From positions 78,382 through 142,381 of the IMG/VR virus record IMGVR_UViG_3300032087_004763: a DNA stretch of 64,000 nt; one strand, 5' to 3'. The DNA comes from a virus. The notes under the pieces are model-generated. The model did no database searches. It saw only the letters and a program-made list of their open reading frames with translations, and was not told the DNA's origin. Below are positions 58,607-64,000 of this stretch, one piece after another (the first letter of the stretch is position 1; every line of letters begins with the position of its first letter). The position numbers and the translations under genes were made by a program.

Positions 58607-58761
58607 TCAACACACGTATATGTATATTTTCCGTCGAGCTCATCAGTCATAGCCTTTCCGACATCTCGACACTCAGCCCAGCTTGTAAACCATCCTTGGT
58701 CATAAGCTATAACCTCAGGATTTTGTCCTGAGGTCATTATCATAACTAAAAGTACCCACAT
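58591..58761 (-). CDS. Small protein with hydrophobic N-terminus and two Cys (56 aa)
   Basis: Not in ORF track; MWVLLVMIMTSG...C...C. Confidence 0.5.
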   Translation of the reverse strand: MWVLLVMIMTSGQNPEVIAYDQGWFTSWAECRDVGKAMTDELDGKYTYTCVEWKKR

Positions 58762-58764
58762 AAT

Positions 58765-59073
58765 CTATTTCTTTTTCAGTGCATCCGCTCCAAAGAAAGC
58801 CGAAACTAAAACTGCAATTGATGCAAAATAAGTTGGAGCGATATCAGCAATCAGTTCAGCTGCTGTATCGAGCCCAAACAAAGATGTCATAAATATCCCG
58901 AACGGATACAATAACAAACCAAAAAGTGCGAACCAAGCCATCTTGCGGATCGCATCACGCTGAGCATCAGCGTCTTCCATTTCCTTTCTCATATTCCAAA
59001 GGTACATCTCATGTTCTTCATTACTAACTACCCCATCACCATTCGTATCTGCTGGGTGTTGACCTTCTGCCAT
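58765..59073 (-). CDS. EF-hand-like plus two-TM membrane protein (holin-like)
   Basis: DTNGDGVVSNEE loop, two hydrophobic helices, basic KKK C-terminus; AGGAGAG RBS. Confidence 0.6.
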   Translation of the reverse strand: MAEGQHPADTNGDGVVSNEEHEMYLWNMRKEMEDADAQRDAIRKMAWFALFGLLLYPFGIFMTSLFGLDTAAELIADIAPTYFASIAVLVSAFFGADALKKK

Positions 59074-59102
59074 ATCTCTCTCCTATGGTAGATTGTTTAT
59101 AG

Positions 59103-59492
59103 TTATGCGTTATCGTCAATCCATGAAGTAGAACTTTCATCCCATATCCACATTTCATTACCACTTGGATTAGCGGGAGGTTGTGACGGTGGTTCCCATA
59201 TACATGTTGTTTCATTTAATGTCCAAGAATTATACACCTGTGGTGAAATAAATGCATCTCTTGATGAATCGTATATTAAGCCGATACCCGCATAATTTTT
59301 ACGTGGATTTGTAATTCCTTGTAGTGTTCCGGTTTTATAAGTTTGTTTCCAAGTGCCGGCTTCCATATTGTTTAAGTATGCAGCACCGATAGATTCTTGC
59401 ACAATACCATCGCTGTCTTTAGCAATACCATCTTCAAGAGTAACTACCTTCTCAACTACATTATTTGATCCTAGTTTTGCAAAATGTATCAT
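59103..59492 (-). CDS. Companion protein of Gly-rich fibre adhesin
   Basis: HFAKL, WKQT, RKNYAGIG..YD...DAFI.P...SW.L.E.T..W. Confidence 0.7.
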   Translation of the reverse strand: MIHFAKLGSNNVVEKVVTLEDGIAKDSDGIVQESIGAAYLNNMEAGTWKQTYKTGTLQGITNPRKNYAGIGLIYDSSRDAFISPQVYNSWTLNETTCIWEPPSQPPANPSGNEMWIWDESSTSWIDDNA

Positions 59493-60481
59493 GAGAATGT
59501 TATACTCCCGTTCCCAGTAAACGTGTATACTGTATCTGTACCCACAGTAGCTGTAGACGGTGATCCTGTAGTACCTGATACCGTATAGGAATTAGGTACT
59601 CTTATAATTGCTATACCATCTGAACCAGCACCACCTAGACCAGTACCACCATAGGCCCCACCTCCACCGCCACTTCCGTATCCGGTTGCATCAGCTCCAT
59701 TATTACCAGTTCCGACATTACCATCACCGCCACCGCCAGAGCCTCCTGATCCAACCGTGATGGAGCTACTACCGGCCCCACCTCCACCGCCACCAGCGTA
59801 TGTTACACTCGAACCAGTGATATCGGATGCCTTGCCGTCACCTCCATCTCCGGCTGAAGAAAAACCCACTGCATCTGCACCTGCGCTGCCGGCCCCACCG
59901 CCGCCACCGCCGCCATCATTACTATCTCCGACATTACAACCAGTGCCGCCATCATTACCATATCCGTAGGTTCCTGATGCTCCTGCTTGAGATGGCTGAT
60001 TTCCAGTGCCCCCCGGCTGCGGGTTGACTCTATCAGAACCTCCGCCGCCTGATCCGCCATCTGCGCCATTCGCAATAGAGCTTGAACCGTGAGATCCACC
60101 ACCACCACCGCCTTTTGCGGTTAGGCTGAATGCAGTAGTATCAGAACCATTGCTCCCCTTGACGCTACTAGATGCAGCTCCTGCACCGCCAGAACCTACT
60201 ACAATATTGTAAGTACCAGCCGCGGGCTGTAGTGTAGGATTATCAATCATACCGCCGGCTCCTCCACCTCCACCGGTGAAACACCCGCCGCCACCACCGC
60301 CGGCAACAAGTAGTACTCTAACTGCAGGAGGTAGTGGATCATTATCTCCTGACCAACCATCACCATCTTCTTGTCGGTCATGAACGAAGTTCAGAGAATA
60401 TATTCCACCGTGAGTATTATCAGATGAAGCTGTCTTTGGGTTCTTTTTACCTATAAGACTGCCGTTATAACGATTGGCCAT
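59489..60481 (-). CDS. Glycine-rich tail adhesin/receptor-binding protein
   Basis: LLVAGGGGG and YAGGGGG polyglycine motifs; GSDGI.IIR. Confidence 0.8.
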   Translation of the reverse strand: MANRYNGSLIGKKNPKTASSDNTHGGIYSLNFVHDRQEDGDGWSGDNDPLPPAVRVLLVAGGGGGGCFTGGGGGAGGMIDNPTLQPAAGTYNIVVGSGGAGAASSSVKGSNGSDTTAFSLTAKGGGGGGSHGSSSIANGADGGSGGGGSDRVNPQPGGTGNQPSQAGASGTYGYGNDGGTGCNVGDSNDGGGGGGGAGSAGADAVGFSSAGDGGDGKASDITGSSVTYAGGGGGGAGSSSITVGSGGSGGGGDGNVGTGNNGADATGYGSGGGGGAYGGTGLGGAGSDGIAIIRVPNSYTVSGTTGSPSTATVGTDTVYTFTGNGSITFS

Positions 60482-60835
60482 TTATGATATCTCTTGATAC
60501 GAGCAGACAGCCTCAAGGTCTGATGCTGCACTTGCAGTCAACCTTAATGCGTCGCCTTCTTCTAGAAAGATTGATTTATGCAGCACGTCGATCGTAGTAT
60601 CAGCGGGGACTGTAATTGTCTTTGCTATATGATATGCGGTTGAGCTTCTATATACGTCGACGTTAACCGTAGCATCATTAGTACCATCAACATTTGATAT
60701 GTACAAAGCAGTGACTTTGAATATTTTATTGCTTGATGCTGAATTAGTGACAATGGCTGTAGCTGATGTTCCTATCGCCTGAACTGCTAATTTCCCTACA
60801 GCTGTAGAGACATTAAATATATTTGGGTTTGCCAT
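60482..60835 (-). CDS. Virion structural protein
   Basis: MANPNI.NV, NVDG, VPAD.T, LEEGD.L, SY.EIS. Confidence 0.7.
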   Translation of the reverse strand: MANPNIFNVSTAVGKLAVQAIGTSATAIVTNSASSNKIFKVTALYISNVDGTNDATVNVDVYRSSTAYHIAKTITVPADTTIDVLHKSIFLEEGDALRLTASAASDLEAVCSYQEIS

Positions 60836-61041
60836 TAATCATCTCCTGACAATATTGTATTGTACGTAATAATAGCACCTGCCGCTCGATCAATCACGTA
60901 ATCAGAATCTATTAACGCAATGACTGCTGCTGAATCGGTGCCGCCACCAACACCGGCTGCAAGTGCTCCAGCGGTAAGATTAGCGTCAGCATCAATTTCC
61001 TTTGCTAGCTTTGCAAGTAAACGGTTCCTGGTATTCGACAT
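60835..61041 (-). CDS. Small virion protein
   Basis: Downstream of a late promoter; TDSAAV..IDSDYV. Confidence 0.55.
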   Translation of the reverse strand: MSNTRNRLLAKLAKEIDADANLTAGALAAGVGGGTDSAAVIALIDSDYVIDRAAGAIITYNTILSGDD

Positions 61042-61069
61042 AATTTAATCTCTATGAAAGTAATATTAT

Positions 61070-61585
61070 CTATTTATACCTCAAAGCTTCTTCGAGTTGG
61101 ACAAATAGATATTCTTCTAGATCATCTTCATTTGCTTGATACCGAATACCGATACCACCTTTTGATTCCCATGCTTTAATATTAGATGGCTTGTCATCAA
61201 TCAAGATGTTTGGCATTCCATCAAGCCGATTCGTCGCATAATTTTCTTTACGACCAGTCACAATGAACCGATCAGCGCCTGGAAACCAATGATGTTCTTC
61301 TAACCAACGACGCTTCCAATACGCTGAGTTATCACGATCACCACGTAAAGGTGATGTGTTAATTCCCCAGTTTTCTCCACGTGTGAGTACGCGTACATGC
61401 TGAATTAGTTGTCCAGATGTTTCGAATGGGTCAAGTGTATAGAAGAAGTTAGTACCTTGAAGATCAAGTATTGATTTTTCTTTCACTAGTTTCCAATGTG
61501 GTACTCCGTGAAACCGTTCGAGGCCTCCGAAGAAGTCGGCGATTACGCCATCCATATCTACATATATCATTTTTCTCTTATCCAT
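61070..61585 (-). CDS. 5'(3')-deoxyribonucleotidase (HAD family)
   Basis: YVDMDGV.ADF, K..W, ILIDD...N...W...GG.GI. Confidence 0.85.
   Translation of the reverse strand: MDKRKMIYVDMDGVIADFFGGLERFHGVPHWKLVKEKSILDLQGTNFFYTLDPFETSGQLIQHVRVLTRGENWGINTSPLRGDRDNSAYWKRRWLEEHHWFPGADRFIVTGRKENYATNRLDGMPNILIDDKPSNIKAWESKGGIGIRYQANEDDLEEYLFVQLEEALRYK
61071..61078 (-). promoter_or_regulatory. T4-type late promoter TATAAATA
   Basis: Consensus ahead of the adhesin module. Confidence 0.7.
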
Positions 61586-61953
61586 ACTGAGTCAGTAGCA
61601 AGTCTAAAGCTACCGAGAAATTCAAAATTATATCCTGATCCCCATTGTTCTGGTGCGACCAAGCTCACCCACGTGGCGCCATCTTCTTTCTTATACAGAT
61701 GGTAGACTTCACCAACCTTTGGGCTAAAACTAATATTGGCTGTGTAGATCAGCTCGTTGTCTGCAGCTGTCTCTACCAGTTTCTTAAATTCTGCTTCAAG
61801 CTCTTCGTACCGAGTCTTGAGTTTGTTCTGTGCTTCCTTGACCTTGACCTCACGATAGTCCTTTGTATCAGGTAGCGTGATCGCTGGAGCAGCAACGTTA
61901 TCGCCATACGCCATGGTCATCTTGTTATCTGCTACACGATCTGGTTTCTTCAT
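61567..61953 (-). CDS. DUF2452-like protein
   Basis: IY.A..SF.P.VG..YHLY....SL..P.QW. Confidence 0.7.
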   Translation of the reverse strand: MKKPDRVADNKMTMAYGDNVAAPAITLPDTKDYREVKVKEAQNKLKTRYEELEAEFKKLVETAADNELIYTANISFSPKVGEVYHLYKKEDGATWVSLVAPEQWGSGYNFEFLGSFRLATDSVWIREK

Positions 61954-62216
61954 AATACATGCCTCAAAAAAGCCGTGAAGAGCATAAAGCCCATCACGGA
62001 ATTAAGAATAATAAGAGCTCGGTCTTTCCAAGCAAGAGATACATATAGCCAACCTGCAGTACCAAGCCAGCTAAAAACAATGTCGTAAATTCGAGGGACT
62101 TCATCTACTGACCTACATGCAACTGCAATCAAAACAAAGACCGTGGCTATCCACTTAATATAGTAGACGTAGCCAGTGGTCTTAATGAGCGTTATGTTAT
62201 CAGACGGCTTCTTCAC
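61950..62216 (-). CDS. Small multi-TM membrane protein
   Basis: IKW.AT...GW..V...WKDRALI.LN. Confidence 0.7.
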   Translation of the reverse strand: MKKPSDNITLIKTTGYVYYIKWIATVFVLIAVACRSVDEVPRIYDIVFSWLGTAGWLYVSLAWKDRALIILNSVMGFMLFTAFLRHVL

Positions 62217-62401
62217 GAAGCCTCCCGATACTCTTCCATCTTAATCAGATGGGCCATGTAGACGAGTACCATCTGAGCACCCTTGAGTGAAGACTCGTAC
62301 TCAAACAAAGCAGTCTCGAACTGCTTGATCTGCTCCTCATTGAAAGCATTCATTGCAATACCTTCCATTAGAACCTTCTGGAATTCGTTTGAAATATTCA
62401 T
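62213..62401 (-). CDS. Hypothetical protein
   Basis: GGAG RBS; coupled ORF. Confidence 0.55.
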   Translation of the reverse strand: MNISNEFQKVLMEGIAMNAFNEEQIKQFETALFEYESSLKGAQMVLVYMAHLIKMEEYREAS

Positions 62402-62808
62402 ACTGTAATTTCTCCATTTTTCACTGCATTCTTAAAAGTCTTGTAATCTTCAAACATGAACTCCATGAGCTCACCATCCTTGTCAAACTTCCAGAATTCA
62501 CACTTACCTTTCATACTATTGTAACCAAGTGAAGGCGCAACACCACAAATCATTTCACCAGTTTCCATATCACAAACACGGAAGTCATCGTACAAATCGC
62601 CATCCATCGGGCAGTTATTCTTGAAGAACACATAGTTCTTGTCACCATCGATAACACCCATCTTTACAAGATAAGCAACACGACCTTTGAGCTTGAGCAT
62701 GCGTGACTTCAAACCCTTATCACGGCAGAACCAGTCAAAGAAACCAAAACAATCGTTTTCAGTTGTGCCTACAGGATCTGCCAAGAACTCGTTAATTGTG
62801 ATATTCAT
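62398..62808 (-). CDS. Hypothetical early protein
   Basis: GAGGAG RBS after an early promoter; FFDWFC...KNNCP...LYDDFR. Confidence 0.7.
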   Translation of the reverse strand: MNITINEFLADPVGTTENDCFGFFDWFCRDKGLKSRMLKLKGRVAYLVKMGVIDGDKNYVFFKNNCPMDGDLYDDFRVCDMETGEMICGVAPSLGYNSMKGKCEFWKFDKDGELMEFMFEDYKTFKNAVKNGEITV

Positions 62809-62836
62809 AATTTATCTCCTCATTGATTATGGTACC

Positions 62837-62875
62837 ATTATACCAAATCCTTCAGAAATGTACATACTTTTTTTT
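62837..62875 (-). promoter_or_regulatory. Early-type promoter: A-tract, TGTACA-16-TATAAT
   Basis: Repeated motif family. Confidence 0.7.
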
Positions 62876-62915
62876 ACTTTTTTTTCACAAAAGTTTTTAG
62901 AACGATATCAACAGC

Positions 62916-63584
62916 TTATGGCCAAAACTTACGGCGATTATACTTTTCGATTGTTTCATGCAGCATCTGTGTCCAGTTATCGCGATGCTCTTTAAAGACA
63001 AGCGGCTCATGATCGTCAACATCCATGACAACCGCTAGGTTTGTGACAGGCATGCCAGTACGCTCTTCGAACATAATCGCGTATGCAGCCATTTGACAGA
63101 AGTAATTTGAGATCTTTTCTTTCTTCTTTGGATACCGTGAGGTCTTCCAATCAAGTATTGAGACTACACCATCGAACTCAGCAATAGCGTCACAACGCCC
63201 AGCCAACTGAAGATGCTTGCTATACAGAGGAACTTCAATCCCAAAGATACGTCCAATCCGTGAGTCGAGTATGGGTTGAATGTTAGCCAAGCTCTGGCGA
63301 ATGTGTGGGAGATATTCTGTCGTATCTTTTCCATTTAAATAGTCCTCAATAATAGAATGCACTTTCGTGCCTCTACTTGAAGCACGACCACTTACTCTGT
63401 TAGCTTCCTCTTCGCCGACACGATTTCTCCAGGCTTGAATGGCTTCTTCTGTTAGGATACTTAAGACAGTAGTGACACTAGGAAAGGCACCGTCAGGAGT
63501 AGAGTATAATCTACCGCTGTCAGTGGACTCGGCATCTAAGTCATCGTACCCGAGATCAATTTGTTCATGTTGAAATACTCTCAT
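62916..63584 (-). CDS. PD-(D/E)XK (Cas4-like) exonuclease
   Basis: PSVTTVL, RGT.VH, E..LYS, AGR.D, DWKTS, Q..AY. Confidence 0.9.
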   Translation of the reverse strand: MRVFQHEQIDLGYDDLDAESTDSGRLYSTPDGAFPSVTTVLSILTEEAIQAWRNRVGEEEANRVSGRASSRGTKVHSIIEDYLNGKDTTEYLPHIRQSLANIQPILDSRIGRIFGIEVPLYSKHLQLAGRCDAIAEFDGVVSILDWKTSRYPKKKEKISNYFCQMAAYAIMFEERTGMPVTNLAVVMDVDDHEPLVFKEHRDNWTQMLHETIEKYNRRKFWP

Positions 63585-63586
63585 AT

Positions 63587-63820
63587 TTATACTTTAATCG
63601 TACTTTTACGTCCTGCACTTTTCTTAATTCGTTTTAAATGATCTTGCCAGTCCGATCCAGCACGGGTCATTGTGCTCTTATGATCGGTAATCGGATTCAA
63701 TGGTTGAAGCTGAATCTTAAGTTTCGGATTGTCTTCTTTGAACTGATCTAATTCAGACATCTTCATTTCGTGTTCAACGATCTCATCAGTATCGGTATTT
63801 CGAAAAACATATGTTGGCAT
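63587..63820 (-). CDS. FmdB-like small protein
   Basis: MPTY.F.N..T.E..E N-terminus. Confidence 0.65.
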   Translation of the reverse strand: MPTYVFRNTDTDEIVEHEMKMSELDQFKEDNPKLKIQLQPLNPITDHKSTMTRAGSDWQDHLKRIKKSAGRKSTIKV

Positions 63821-64000
63821 TACTCGTCAATCTCCCATCGCGATTGATATTCTAGTGCGTGACGACACGCGTGGATGTAATCCTTATCCTCATCTGATAA
63901 GACAGACCAGAATTTAGTAATAGTATATATGTGTTCATCAACCTCAAACTGTCTCTCTAAGTGCTTGTTGGACTCCATCATCTCTTGTAACTGGTCCATT
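63820..64000 (-). CDS. Hypothetical protein (possibly 5'-truncated)
   Basis: Open frame ...MDQLQEMMESN.HL...KFWSVLS.EDKDYI...WEIDE. Confidence 0.55.
   Translation of the reverse strand, partial: MDQLQEMMESNKHLERQFEVDEHIYTITKFWSVLSDEDKDYIHACRHALEYQSRWEIDE

Noticed and set aside
62916-63584. Cas4-like nuclease as a CRISPR component
   Set aside because: Solo PD-(D/E)XK exonuclease common in T4-like phages; no array or other cas genes.

Overview
A 64-kb segment of a T4-like myovirus genome, probably from a marine heterotrophic bacterium. It is AT-rich and shows no photosynthesis genes, integrase, CRISPR array or reverse transcriptase. In order, it contains: (1) tail-fibre and lectin-domain genes (1-12.2 kb); (2) an accessory enzyme island with a fatty-acid desaturase, three cupin/2OG-Fe(II) oxygenases, a radical SAM enzyme, glycosyltransferases (GTs) and a methyltransferase (12.3-18.3 kb); (3) the baseplate/tail block: split DUF4815/VrlC-like protein, gp8, gp9/10, gp7, gp6, gp25, gp5, hub, gp53, gp48, gp4, gp2, gp54/19-like, gp26, gp51, gp29-like; (4) gp32, gp33 and small early genes; (5) an RNA cassette of a hairpin RNA, tRNA-Arg(UCU) and a ~155-nt multi-stem ncRNA; (6) a ~10.5-kb amino-sugar/glycosyltransferase cluster; (7) a holin-like membrane gene, a Gly-rich adhesin module and nucleotide-metabolism genes. 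The main candidate novelties are three. First, a tRNA-linked hairpin RNA at 45321-45388 carries 19 nt complementary to the RBS and start codon of the holin-like gene 13.7 kb away, suggesting a trans-acting antisense repressor. Second, Asp-Ser motifs are pervasive in virion proteins alongside a large phage-encoded glycan pathway, suggesting sequon-directed virion glycosylation. Third, a U UUU UUA slippery site could fuse gp26 and gp51 by -1 frameshift. All gene calls come from motif recognition by eye; no database searches were run.
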